Program-made: the position numbers and the translations under genes
NCBI GenBank assembly: GCA_951406725.2
Contig: OX597826.1
Span: 37,200,001-37,264,000, forward strand
Direction of reading: 5' to 3'
Length of the DNA: 64,000 nucleotides
DNA from: Octopus vulgaris
Lineage: Eukaryota
Shown here: piece by piece, positions 26,913-40,179 of the stretch
Layout of the letters: each line of letters opens with the position of its first letter
How positions within the stretch are numbered: position 1 is the stretch's first letter
Notes under the pieces: model-generated
What the model was told of the DNA's origin: nothing
The model's input: the letters and a program-made list of their open reading frames with translations, nothing else
The model's database searches: none

Positions 26913-28442
26913 TCGTCATTGTCTGATGTCCAGTCTGTTATCCACACGCATGCACACATACACACGCATATATGTATATAGATGTATGTATAAACGCGAT
27001 AGTGGCAAACAGCAAGAATGTAAATGGAGCATTAATTGATTTGTCATCACCTGTTAATTTGTTTGTTTGATGGAATTTTGGTCCTTTGTAAGGATTGTGC
27101 TTAGTTATTCAATTGATAAGGGGTATTTTTCTTGCTATACATTATACATCATGTATTGAGTATTTTTTTAAATTCTGTAATTCATATTATACGAGATGTA
27201 AATTATGGTCGGGTGTTACGGCGTATTCATGCTAAGGGGGCTTCGTTTTCTTTATTTGTTTATATATACAGATTGGTCGTGGTTTATATTATGGTTTATA
27301 TATATTTGGTGGAGAATTATCTATAGTTTATTTGTAAATTAACCATGCAAGCATTTGTATCATGGGAGCAAAACTTCTGGAAATGATTCATTGAACACTT
27401 TGGTTTAATGAAAGACACAAATGAAGGACTCAATATTTTTTGTTAAATGATACAGATAAGGAGTAGACAAAGGTCAGCGCATATACGAAGGACGAAGCAG
27501 CAGGTACAATGTCCGTATTACGGAGAAATTAAATATTAAAATTTCAACTCCGAACATTTTGAACATTAGATTAGAGATATTCTCTCCTTGCTTACGAAGA
27601 GAGAATTTTAACCTGGATGACCCACTTATCCAGGCAGGAAAGTTATAGGTATACGATAATAGTGATAATAATGATAATGAGCTCCAACAAAACCTGTGAT
27701 AAAGAGAAATGATGATGATGATAACGACGACGATAAACATTCTTTACTCAATTTCGGGAGATCGTGATTGAATTGAAAGCCATGTATACATATAACACGC
27801 ATACATAGCATCACCCGATTTGTAAAATATATTTACATGGAATTACAATTTCATGAAATTATGTTTCAAACATTGAAAATCCCATAAAGTATACTCTTGC
27901 ACATGCAATAAACAAAACTGCAGGTGTGTAATGCATGATGCATATATGTAAATAAATTCGTATGGTACAATTTCAACTGAACGCGTGCATGTGTCAATAT
28001 ATTCGTATAGTGTAATTTTAAGCTTCAGTGGGAACAAAAATTCACGTACATTTTACCAACACTTGAAAAAATGATGAGAGCTATGACTAGGATATAATAG
28101 GTCTCTACATAAGTTACCCTAACTTTTTGAAAATAATAACCGGTTCTTATACCATTACAAAAACGACTTGAGAGACATGGAAAGCATAAAGTGTGACGTC
28201 CGTTGTTTTAAAAAGGACATAAACAGCATTTCTTTTTAAAATTAATGCTGTGTGCTTCATTCACATCATGGACTAAAATTGTATTTGATGAGACGTAAAG
28301 TAACACAAACCGGTTAGTAAAAGCGATCTTACTTTTGGTGTAAAACCGCTTTACTGGAAAATCTGTACTAATGGTTTTCCAGCAAAAATTTTAGTAAAAT
28401 GATTTCAACCACATCCACTCTCCCCCTCTCTCTCTCTCTCTG

Positions 28443-28584
<142 letters not shown>

Positions 28585-28992
28585 GTGTATGTGTGTTTTT
28601 TGCAAAAACATATATTTGTAGAAAACCAGCAACTAATATTGCGTCTGTGAAACTTTTTTTATATGAAATCATTTTTATGTGCAAACATAATTTGCATTTT
28701 CAATTTCATTTGCATACATGTCTACACACCACATACGCATATTCATACACACGCACACAAACATTTCCGTACATATGTACATTCACACACACTCATCCCG
28801 CACACACGCACACACTCACACACACACGTATACAGGTATACCTCCTATGTTAAAAAGTAAAAGACGTTTGATTCAAATATAGACTTAACGCATTTTCAAC
28901 CATTTCAACTGATCGTCATGCACAGACAAACACACTCTAACACATACAGACACAAGTACGAATAAATATGTGTGCGAGTATATGCATATATG

Positions 28993-29047
<55 letters not shown>

Positions 29048-29748
29048 TTATATATGCTTACATTAAGTATTTTATTTTACGATACATTTACACAGCCTAT
29101 CTTAAAACAAGTGGCTAGCATTCTAAACTCTCATTAATTTACCTACCATGTTTGTTTACCGAAATGCTGGCGAGTTCTTTGATGTAATTTGCTTTTATAA
29201 GCCACCTTCTTCTATCTATATGGATATCTATATAGGAATAAACACCCCACTCCACAAAAAGTACATTTCAGAAAATAAAATCGCTTCACTTATCCAGTGT
29301 AACACGAAGAAATAAAATACATTTCCGTCAATATATAGCCTACTAGAAAAAATGGCAGATATGTAGGACAGATTTAGACGCTAAGTTTAGTAGTTGCGTC
29401 CTCGGATACTGAAATATGTATTGTCTATATTATAATTGTTAGCTCGGTTTTCTATCAGTAATAAAATATCTTAATTCAATTAGTCATTTTTTCATCTAAT
29501 TACGGTTTTTATTTCATAATTATGTTTACCTATTGTATTCACAAATAAATAATTAACTATCTACTTTCCTTGATGGTTTTATTTATTTATCTCTCATACA
29601 AATATCTATCTTTCACGTTATACGTATATATGTATGTATATATGTATATATACATATATATATGGGGGGCCGTGCCTGTGTGTGTATCTATGTATGTACG
29701 TATGCATAAGTTTGTATACTATATATAATACAGAAATACAGATATAAA

Positions 29749-29802
<54 letters not shown>

Positions 29803-30040
29803 ATCACATAAATATACATGTATATACATATGTGTGTGTGTGTGCGCGTGTATACATGTATCGTTGCATTTCGTTTTGTTATTCATTGCATTCATTTATA
29901 ATTTTCATTTCCTAACGTATTCAATAATTAGAATCAATAAAATTATGACGATAACAATATCAGAACTGTTCTATATTTCTCATCATATTGTTAAAGAATC
30001 CTCGTATGGACGTTTGTCGAGAAAACATGACATTCTTCTG

Positions 30041-30076
<36 letters not shown>

Positions 30077-31759
30077 GTTTGTTATTTTTCACTTATTTCC
30101 ATGTTTGGAAATGTTCATCGTAAAGGATGCTAAATATGCAAATTTTGCTAAAATTTGTTATTTTCATTATTAAGCTCTGTATGTTTTATAACATGTTCTG
30201 CAGAATTTTATTTCGATAATTCTTTTTCTTTACTTAGAAATTACAGTTTCTTCTAAATGAAAGAATACAGAATCTGTGGTAGGAAGGCGAGGAAATAATA
30301 ACGAAAAAATACGATCTTTTGTTTGCTTTTAACTTAAGTGTTATATTAGACATGAAAAAATGCGTGAGCGAATTTATATATATATATATGAATTGATGTA
30401 TATATATAAATTTATACACACACACACACACACACACGTACATATGTGTATGTATATATATTTGTATATAGATATGCATGGTGGCATATATGCATGCACA
30501 CTTATGTGTAGGTATATATGAAAATGTCCATGTATATGTGTGCAGGGTCATGTTGTGCAACGTGATAGGAAGTGAGAGATTGACTGGGGGGACAAACATA
30601 CTTGAAAAGACAAGACAGAAATCATTGTTTGTGAAGGAAATGATATTGCCTATCCTACCGAACGTTTCCATGAATTCCATTTCAGAAGTTTCTACTTGAA
30701 CAGTTTGGCATAAAAACGCCCACATATATTACAACTGAACATGGATTAAGATTTTGAACTAAATTTATATAAGTGTCGCGCCAGTATTCTATATGGCCAA
30801 ATGTATATTTCTCTTTTTGACCCCGAAATTCCATACACTGTCACTGATATGTAAGCTGCAGCGCAGCAACCTTCATTAAAACACAGATCTGTTAAATGGA
30901 AAACATGAAATAGAAAAGAAAACATGAAACAGAAGACATGACACTATAAACATAGAACTGTGTCTTTTTATCCTCCGTTTGGCTAAATGAAATTAAACGA
31001 GAAAAAATGCATTGGTTTAAATCAATGATTTTAAACCATAAGAGAAAACCTGGCAGTAGAATATATAAAATAGAACACAAGTGGCAACATTGATACAAAC
31101 CATGATGAGCCACGAATAAAGCCCTTCTCTGCTTAGACAACCTACTAGACACAGCAGTCAAATACCCAGATGATAGTGACATTTTTACCTTCAATGACTG
31201 GCTCAGTAAGCAGCAGTGCTGATATAAGCAATGGGATCACATGCGGTCGTATTGTGTAGGGAATACAATCGCGCGCAGTCCCATTCTTAATGAATTATTA
31301 CAAGCCATAAGTACATGCAGTAACAATAGAACATAGTGGATTGACAACAAGTCTTCTGTTTCAGATATAAACATTATTTATTTTACAATCGTGTTGATGT
31401 TGGGAGTTTGTAAACGTTAGCACGTATGTGCGCATGCAACACTTGTTTGTGTCTGTGTGTTTGTGTGTGTGTCAGAGCAATCAGGGGAATGTGGTTGACA
31501 TAGAAAAGTACCTGATTGTGGAGGCGGCGAAGATAGTAGGCTTTCTGTGTTGAGTGTACATTAGCGTCGTAGCTAGTTGAGCAGGAACAATCGTATATCA
31601 TTTGGTTGAGCAGCGCTGTCTCTGAAGCCAGTTCTTACAAGAACTAAAACTAAAGACAGGTAATTGATTTACTGTTTATGAGGTACACGAAGTGTAAGAG
31701 TTCAATATCAAGATGTTGTGTCTCGGAGAGCTGAGATTAGTTGAATCACTTGTTGGGTT

Positions 31760-32141
31760 TTTCTTTCTCTTGATATGGATATTCTTTCAGATATATTTAC
31801 TGTAGCCGTTTTCCCGTGGTGAGATTTTCACCTAACCGCTTGAGTTGAATCTGTAGATATCTTGTGTACAAGTTAAATCTTCGTAGATAGAGACGATGTT
31901 GGCGATGACGTCGTGTCTGTCGCTTGGTTTTTGCAGGGTCTTCATTATATGTTCTGCTTGCTTATTTTTCTCTTGATATAGATATTCTGCAACTGTGTTT
32001 CCGTGGTGAGATTTTCACACTAACAGTATGAGTTGAATCTGTAGCTATCTTATGTACAAGCTAAATCTTCGTAGGTAGAGACGATGTTGGCGATGCCGTT
32101 ATGTCTGGTTTCTATAGCGTCTTCATATTATGTTTTGCTTG
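31760..32141. repeat. Imperfect tandem duplication, two ~190-bp units
   Basis: ttctcttgatat.gatattct...ccgtggtgagattttcac...tgagttgaatctgtag.tatctt.tgtacaag.taaatcttcgtag.tagagacgatgttggcgatg occurs at ~31765 and again at ~31967. Confidence 0.9.
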
Positions 32142-32534
32142 GTGGTCGCCTGTCTTTCGGACTGGAACATGGTTGAGTATGCTCTGTGTGGATAGAGGTT
32201 TAGTCCTCACAAGGACTAGAAACCAAAGACGAAAGGTGTCTGAAAACACTCCATTATATATCGTTTGGGGTGGCTCAAACGAACTTCAGAAATGGAATCT
32301 TACCAAAGGCCGCGATTGGTTGGCTTGGAACAATGGCACGAAATATGTAGAGACAAACCGCGTCACATGTCAACCAGTGGCGCGAACTATGTAGAAACCA
32401 CTCGTGTCACATGTCAACCAATCAGGTTAGTGTTTACAACAACGTTAAACTAACCAAAGATGTTTGTAATCTCAAACGAGATCATTCTTAATACTTCTCT
32501 CAAACAGTGAAGATAGCAATGAAGAAAACAATAT

Positions 32535-33513
32535 TGCTACACTAATTTTGTAGTGTTTAGATATTTTCAAGTGTCAATATTGTCCTGCTGTATTGTGGCG
32601 ATTTTTTTTTTTTTTTTGTATTCATCAGAACCGGACATCCCGAGAGACGAGATGGTCTATTATTTCATCAAATGTGTCGCAGAATCTGCATTTAAGGTCA
32701 GAGCAGCTTTGAAGAACGTAGTTTTTTTTTTCGGAGCAATCTTTTTTTCTTGTACCACCAATATGAAACCTTCAATCTCTGCTTTCAGTAATGAACTTCT
32801 CAGCCACTCCATCAGTATTTCGACTTCAAATTATATACTGTCCCCGCAGAGGCTTCTGGCTCCACCGATCCCCAATTTGTTTCTGCCTGTTCGTTTTTGC
32901 AGTCTGCTTGATCCATTTTGTTCGTTTTGTGGCAGTGGTTTCAGGTTCTACAAATATTTCAGGACTTATGACAAGTTCCCTTGCGATTTGGCAAGCTTCT
33001 TTGACAAGAGAGTTTGACTTTTTGCTGGAATGCAACGTGTACTGTCAACATTGTTCTTGTCTTTGTATCTATTTTCATCACTTCTCTCTTTTGCTATGCT
33101 ATTTTATAACTCCAGCTCCATACCAAAGTGATCCTATCGCCCACGTATTAACCACTTGTATTTTATCCCATCCCGTCCAATTTTGAGCGCAACACCAACC
33201 TCAGTCTTTAGAAATATTCCATCCTCACCTGCTCATTCATTTCCTTCTCCATTATCTCGTTGAGATTTAGTACACCAATGTATCTGTAACCTCCCATTTT
33301 AATTTAATTAATCAATTCTCTATTAGGTAATTCTGTCCGTGCTAGGGACTGTACCTTGTCTCTTTTCAGATAGATTATTCCACAATTCTGAGTCGGAATT
33401 CCATTCTAATATCAGCACGTTTTCGCCAAGGAACTCAGTCGTACTTCATCCTTGCCATACAGTTTCAAATCAACCACGAATAGGTGGTGGTTGATTATTT
33501 CGGATTTTCCCTT
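32535..33513 (-). mobile_element. R4/Dong-clade non-LTR retrotransposon fragment: RT C-terminal half through the CCHC zinc knuckle, internally deleted
   Basis: Minus-strand translation across stops and shifts: INHHLFVVDLKLYGKDE...GYRYIGVL...RLRLVLRSK...VNTWAIGSLWYGAGVIK...IDTKTRTML / WSQKPLRGQY / LKCRFCDTFDEIIDHLVS-GCPVL...RHN. Confidence 0.85.
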
Positions 33514-33837
33514 TAGACTATCGCAAAGTTTATGATATGATTCCCCATTCGTAGATCATCGAGGGCTTAGATCTGTTTAAAATTGCGAGGAATGTAACGT
33601 GTTTCCTTAACAGAAATATAGTGGAGTGGAAAACTGAACTGACATACTACAGAAAAAACTTGAGCAACCTGGGTGTCAGAAGAGGGGTTTTCCAAGGTGA
33701 TAGCTCATCTCCGTTGCTTTTTCTTCTCTGCATAATACTCCTGACCTTGGTACTTAAGAAAATGAACCTTGGATACCAACTGAAGTGAAAATCACAAACA
33801 ATCAACGACCTCTTTTTCAATGATGATTTGAAATTAT
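33514..33837 (+). mobile_element. R4/Dong-clade reverse transcriptase fragment (domains ~3-5), inverted relative to its neighbour
   Basis: DYRKVYDMIPHS*IIEGL...VRRGVFQGDSSSPLLFLLCIILLTLVLKKMNLGYQL...INDLFFNDDLKL. Confidence 0.88.
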
Positions 33838-34095
33838 TATATTATTGGTTCTCTTTATCACAGGTTTTGTTGCAGCTCCCGGAGTTTTGCATGCATCGCG
33901 GGATTTCTACTTGCGGCCTACGGTATCATGCTATCCGTTCTTATCAGCTTTCTAATATTTTCCTGATTATTCTTACCGTGCCAAGGAGTCAGACCGTTTG
34001 TTACAATTCTATAGAGCACTCTATTCCAATTTCCTCTATATTCCCCTTGATGCCTTTTGATACTGTCCCAAATCCTCGCAATCTCAAATTTAAGG
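33838..34095 (-). mobile_element. 5'-truncated 3' end of an R4/Dong LINE with (TAA)n tail
   Basis: Minus strand ...FGTVSKGIKGNIEEIGIECSIEL..LLGTVRIIRKILES*, then a short 3' UTR ending in aataataataat at ~33833-33846. Confidence 0.75.
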
Positions 34096-34651
34096 GTATT
34101 GAATTTGTTTTTCAACTCTTCACCATCTTAAAATTTGAAAAGATCCATAACTACTACTACAACCACTACCACCACCACAACTACTACTACTACTACCACT
34201 CCTCTGAATATTGATAATAATATGAATGTGAATATTACCGTTGTGGTAGTAGTGGTGTCTTAATCAGAAGTAATTAACTGAAGGTAATTTATTTATTTAC
34301 TTATTTTCTCTCCGTTCTTAAATTACCTTTTCAGAAAACATTGTAGCACTTTTATTTTATTTTATTTTTTCTTAATTTTGTTTTTCCAATTAAGTGTCAA
34401 CTTCAATAGCTTACGTTAGATAATCATATTAATAAGAAAAGATACCGGCAACGTCTACTAATATTTCTGGGTTTTTGTTTTTTTTATATTTTCGTTACTG
34501 GTATTCAAGTTTATATTTATTTTATTTTATTTGTTTATCATAAACAATAAAATATTATATTGAAGAAAAGAAATTACACAATCGAAGTTTACCGAAGAGA
34601 GAGAGAGAGAATAAAGGGAGAGGGAGGGAGAGAAGGAGAAAGGTATAAAAA

Positions 34652-34850
34652 TTTACAAGGGAAAATATATCAACCAAACTTACGTGTGGGAATTGGGATT
34701 TTAACAAAAGTAGAGACGCCTACGACAAAAGAGCTATGAACACAGGGGACAGTGATAGAGAGAGAGAGAGGGGGGAACAGAGGGAGAGAGAGAGAAAAAA
34801 AGGAATCTATGATTTACTAATATGTTTGTAACTTATGAATTTATCTACTT
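34652..34850. mobile_element. Solo copy of the Penelope-associated terminal repeat seen at 35282-35480
   Basis: tacaagggaaaatatatcaaccaaacttacgtgtgggaattgggattttaacaaaagtagagacgcctacgacaaaagagctatgaa is near-identical to the sequence from 35282. Confidence 0.8.
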
Positions 34851-35188
34851 TTATCATTAAACCTTAGAAAATGAATAAGAGAATAACTTTGAAATTTGAT
34901 ATTCATCCGAATGTCTTTGCTTTCGACGTCATTTTAATCTATTATTACCATTATTAGAAATGATTAGCAATTACTCTTACTACTACCACTAGCAGTATTA
35001 TTTACACTATTATGACTACTCTCACGAACAACATTACAACCTATATCATAAGCCCCATAAACATCAACGTTATTATTTTCATTATCATCATTTTCAACGC
35101 TTTCATCACTGCCATTTATCACACCATTGTTATCGCTATTGGGACCTCCTCAGTTATATTCATCATTATCATCACCATTATGAATGCA

Positions 35189-35189
<1 letters not shown>

Positions 35190-35244
<55 letters not shown>

Positions 35245-35280
35245 TACTACTACTACTACTACTGCTACTATTATTATTAT
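35190..35280. repeat. (TTA)n/(CTA)n microsatellite
   Basis: Direct reading. Confidence 0.95.
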
Positions 35281-35281
35281 G

Positions 35282-36019
35282 TACAAGAGAAAATATAGCA
35301 ACCAAACTTACGTGTGGGAATTGGGATTTTACAAAAGTAGAAATGCCCACGACAAAAGAGCTATGAATACAGAGGACAGTGAGTGAGAGAGGGGCAGAGG
35401 GAGAGAGAGGGAGAGGGAGAGAGAGGAAGAGGGAGATGGAGAGAAAGAAAGAAAACTATGGCTTACTAATATGGTGGTAACTTTTGTTAACGTCCCATTT
35501 CCCACACGTAATACCAACACGCCGAACACATAGAAAACACAGCAACACATGCTTCCTTAAAATACCCCATTTTAGCGAGAGGATAAATACATCCATCCGA
35601 AGAGCCATAAGAAGAGACATACGACTAACCCACTCCGTCCCCTCTCTGAGAGGACACCTCACTAAGAAACGAACAGGAGACAACAATCAATGTACACTAA
35701 CAGTCACATCCGTAACACAGATTTATGCCAACGGGTAAATGTTGTGTATAAAATACAATGTAACAAATGCAACAAGTTCTATGTGGGTAGCACAACAAGT
35801 CCATTACACGTCCGCGTGAAAGAACATCTGAACACGAGAGCTTCCTCCTTCAGAAAACATCGAGACAGATGCCGGAACACCGACAAAAGCATAGCAGTAA
35901 CAAATTTGGCCAATGAAAGAAATTTGGGTGATTTAAGAATTAAGGAAGCTATACTCATACTCAAACTAGGGCCCCAAATTAACAACAGGCTGGAGGTTGG
36001 TAATCATTATATTATTTAG
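35282..36019 (+). mobile_element. Penelope-like element, 5'-truncated, with upstream inverted terminal-repeat segment
   Basis: GIY-YIG ORF remnant at 35512-36019, preceded by a segment whose 35308-35339 is the inverted repeat of 35480-35511. Abuts (TTA)n. Confidence 0.85.
35512..36019 (+). pseudogene. Penelope linker + GIY-YIG endonuclease domain (frameshifted)
   Basis: CFLKIPHFSERINTSIRRAIR... then CQRVNVVYKIQCNKCNKFYVGSTTSPLHVRVKEH...FRKH...LRIKEAILILKLGPQIN. This is the VVY..C..C...YVG.T...R..EH...E...N pattern. Confidence 0.9.
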
Positions 36020-37306
36020 CTACAAGTGGATGCGTATAGGTTCATTTTTGATAATATGCTCATCTTTAGTTTATAACATAAGAAAGAAGAGTAGAGAATA
36101 AGCTGTTAAAAAATTTACATTCATTTATAAAAATCAAATGTTTTCTCTATCAAATTTCTTATAATATTTTTCCTGTTATTTATTATATTAGGTTTCCTTA
36201 TCATACTATTTAATCGTGCAAATTATTTTTAGTTCTTTCTTGTTTCTTTGTACCTTTTCTGTTCTACATATATATTCTTGTTGCGTTAGATATAAATTCA
36301 GACAGAAATTGTAGTTACAATTAGAAACATGGCGAAATTGCAATATTAGCTTTATTTTTCAGCTGCAGCATATACTAAACTCACAAGATTCTATAACATT
36401 GTAAGAGCGGGCTGTGAAATCTTGCCAGGATAAAGCCCGTGGTAAATAGATAGATATTACTTTTATTAAGGGTATTCCATGATGGTTATGACTACCTGTC
36501 TAGTAATCCAGCACTGTAAAGAGAAAAAAAATTTGAAAAATTTTCTTTCGGTTTCTCGATGCCAGAATGATAGATGATGCCGGGAGAAATAATTCAAAAC
36601 TACAAAACCAACGATAAAAGAAAGAGCAGCAGCATCAAAAGCTATAAGCAAGAAACTGGAACACATGAAACAAAGGGAGAAGTAGAGTTAAGAGAAATAT
36701 ATTAGAGAACGCTTTGGTTCATGAATTTCATATCAGAGTTCAGATGTGCAGAAACAGTTGGCACGACAATGACAAAAAAGAAAAAAAGAATAAGAAAAAG
36801 ACATTTGTCTGCACTTCCACGTCAGAGAAAAGAAACCAAAGTAACAGTCAGCAATGTTGTTTAAGCAGGAATCATACTAACCTGGAAAATATGTTGGTAA
36901 AGAAATAAACAGTTTCATTAAAATAAACCCAGATTTTGTAAATTTCTTTTCCACGAGAAACGCAAAGGAAGAACATTTACTAGAATACAGAAAGGTTTTA
37001 ACGATTCAGGAGTCCGTTTAGTTGTAAACGCGGGCGACATGATGTTTATGTAAAGCACTTGGATTTATAAAGTAAATATCTGTAAAGTACTGACGCTTAT
37101 TATGGTCGCTGGACTATGTACCTGTATAATATCACCTTCATATTAATCCGACGGTTGTGAACTTTGGAACATGATCAAAAATATTAACAGAAGGAAACAG
37201 ACTTATGAAGGGCCATAAACTTATGCAGCAAAATAGAAATATTAACTTCTTTCACGTGAATACGTGGACTTTTATGCGTCTTGTTAGTTAGTAGTAGTAG
37301 TAGTAG

Positions 37307-37616
37307 TATTGAGTGAGAGAGCAGTGCATGCCATCAAAGTGACACTGGTAAAATATACGAAGCCTATTATACCATCATGACTACCCGTCTGATAAGGGTA
37401 CACCAAATACATGCATCACAACCATATGTGCGTGACGTGGTTTACTCATATCAAGATAAACAGCTCATGAACTTGCACATGGGTCCCAGTTAGAATTTTC
37501 TTCAGGTTGAATAGCCCATCTTTTATACCAAGACAAAACAATGTACATGATAACACTTCCAATGAGTTAAGATAAGAAGCCATGAGAGCCACTGTCTGGT
37601 ACAGAACCGGGGCATT
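37307..37616 (-). mobile_element. Non-coding TAA-tailed retroelement, internally deleted copy of the 63090 element
   Basis: Reverse complement aligns to 63090-63170 and 63410-63610 (gtgtcactttgatggcatgcac.g.tctctcactcaata). Flanked by (TAG)n and (TTA)n. Confidence 0.85.
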
Positions 37617-37629
37617 TATTATTTTTGCT

Positions 37630-37926
<297 letters not shown>

Positions 37927-38209
37927 GTTTTAATTCTTTCGTAACACAGTGTAGCTAAAAATACACCGGAGTCTTTAGTCATCTGTCAAGTCACAACAAG
38001 GACCTCAGATAGATAATACTTTCCATAAGATGTGCGCTGTGCCCAAATGAGGCTGCTTTTTGCAATACATCAATCTTGCATGGGATTTCCAGTTGCCTTA
38101 AGGAGTCTTGAGGTTTCAAAAGAATTGAGCCCAACGTTCCGATCACCACTGGTATCGCTTTTACATTACACTCTCGCATTCCATACAGTCTCGCCATTTC
38201 CATTGTTAA

Positions 38210-38210
<1 letters not shown>
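37927..38210 (-). mobile_element. 5'-truncated R4/Dong LINE 3' end inserted in (TAA)n
   Basis: LTMEMARLYGMRECNVKAIPVVIGTLGSIL...LEIPCKIDVLQKAA (restriction-like endonuclease C-terminus). TTA arrays on both sides. Confidence 0.85.
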
Positions 38211-38239
<29 letters not shown>

Positions 38240-38241
<2 letters not shown>

Positions 38242-38315
38242 TATGTTTGACTTTTGCTTTATATTTGTACAAGTTGGCTCCAAGTCTCACCCAGAGACCT
38301 CAAGAGACAACAGGG
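38240..38315 (-). mobile_element. Probable short Dong-type 3' UTR remnant adjoining (TTA)n
   Basis: Minus strand gtctcttgaggtctctgggtgagacttggagccaacttgtacaaatataaagcaaaagtcaaacatagaataataat. Architecture resembles the neighbouring Dong tails. Confidence 0.45.
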
Positions 38316-38420
38316 TTGGAAGTTCATGTTGTTGTTTTGCCTAGTGTGCCATATATTTGGGGGGTGGGGATGTTGTACTAATGAATGTCTAAAAAAAAAA
38401 GGTTTTTTTTATTATTATTA

Positions 38421-38496
<76 letters not shown>

Positions 38497-40179
38497 AGTA
38501 TTATTAATTTGTTCCCCAGTTGCAGACTTACTTCCTAAAAGCAGTGAAAGAGTGTAGAGTATGATTAAACGTTTTCATTGTTGATATATAAGGAAGCCAT
38601 TGCAATAGAGCTGTGTCAATTGCCTTAACTAACTGATTACGACACTGTGCAGCAGTAAATAAACTCTAGTCAAGGAACAACTTGAAAAGAATATATTTAA
38701 ATAAATAATAAAAAAAAGCCAATCCTTACTGAAAATATTCGATGCGATACTAAGCAATTTCTTTTGAGTTGATATTTTTTGTTCATTCATTATATTTTTA
38801 TTTCGAAACCTGTGAAAAGTCAGGTGCAAAATGTGACTAAACAATATAATGTAGAGAGGCTTTGTGAAACTCTATCGCTATCTCTAAAAGCTAAGTTAAA
38901 TTATTGATTTTAAAGTGGTAAATGCTACCATTCTACTGTCAGGTGAAATTACTGAGGAACTTACTTTATCAGTTCCGATTAATGAAATTACAATACCAGT
39001 AATTATACTGTTCCACACACTTTACAATTCTATGTTTTACACATCAATGTCGTTGCAGTTGTTGCTTATATTTATGTTTATTTATTCATATATAATTCTT
39101 CACTGTACCTATCTACAGAAAATTCCTATGCAAAAATTTACTTAACTTGGCAAGATAATGGTAACAGTTTTCTAAACAACAAAAACCTCCTGACAAAAGT
39201 TTCTGCTTTCTCCTTCTCTTTCATCACACGCGTGTGTATACATGTACATATAAAACTCATCAAGTTATATTCATATAAACATGCCTATATACATATACAC
39301 ACACGCTCGCGGACGCACTCGCACAGACACACATTCACAGACAGGTACACATGCACCCAAATATATTCGTGACAGAGACGACAGTCAGAAAGAGAGAAAG
39401 ATAATACATAAATAAATAAATAAGTAGATAAGTAGATAGACAGATACATACATACATAATCACATGCATAGAGAGAAATATATACGTGTCCACACACACA
39501 CACACATATACATACACATGAATTTACACATACACGTAACACCGGTGTATAGATATTATGCATATGTAAAATCATGCACTCAGACAGTGATCTAAAGAGG
39601 AGTGATAGATCATGAACACTTTTTAAAGTATAGTGCATTGTTAGACTTATATTCAGACTTACGCTTGAACTAGGTTCCTCTTCTCGTATTCACCCACTTG
39701 TCTTCGTAGTATGCCACGGGAACCTCTGGCTAGAATATCCACTACTGGAAATTCTTTTAAACTACCAAGCGTCTTCTATCAACCTGCCTTCAAAACATAG
39801 TAAAACACATTTAACAGAAATAGAAGCGTAGAACTTATTTTCTTTATCCCAATTCTGTTGCTGTGTCGTTTACAATTCATTACTACTTAACTGGAGCCGA
39901 TCTGTGAATAAGTGTTCCAACCGTGACCATTTCAAGTCATTCTGTGCAATGGATCCTTCTTTACTTATGATCACACAGTGTGTGTTGAGAGAATATTTAA
40001 CTGTTATTTCTAGCTAGTGGCACAATTGATATTGAATGGTAGCCACTAGTTTAAACTTATTGTCTGTGAAAAGAATACATTGGTATTCAGTCGAAACGTG
40101 GAATAAATGAACAGCAACAAGTCTGTTATACAAATTAGACACTTTTGTTAGTTGGGTGTAGTATTCTTCAACGATAACA

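Noticed and set aside
27050-27330. Possible very old Penelope ORF fragment on the minus strand
   Set aside because: Only vague motif resemblance, with many stops.
30960-31230. KALLCLDN motif suggestive of a pogo/Tigger DDE relic
   Set aside because: A single short motif without other catalytic motifs or TIRs.
32334-32420. Repeat pair considered as CRISPR-like
   Set aside because: Only two adjacent units with no spacers, in a eukaryotic context with no cas genes.
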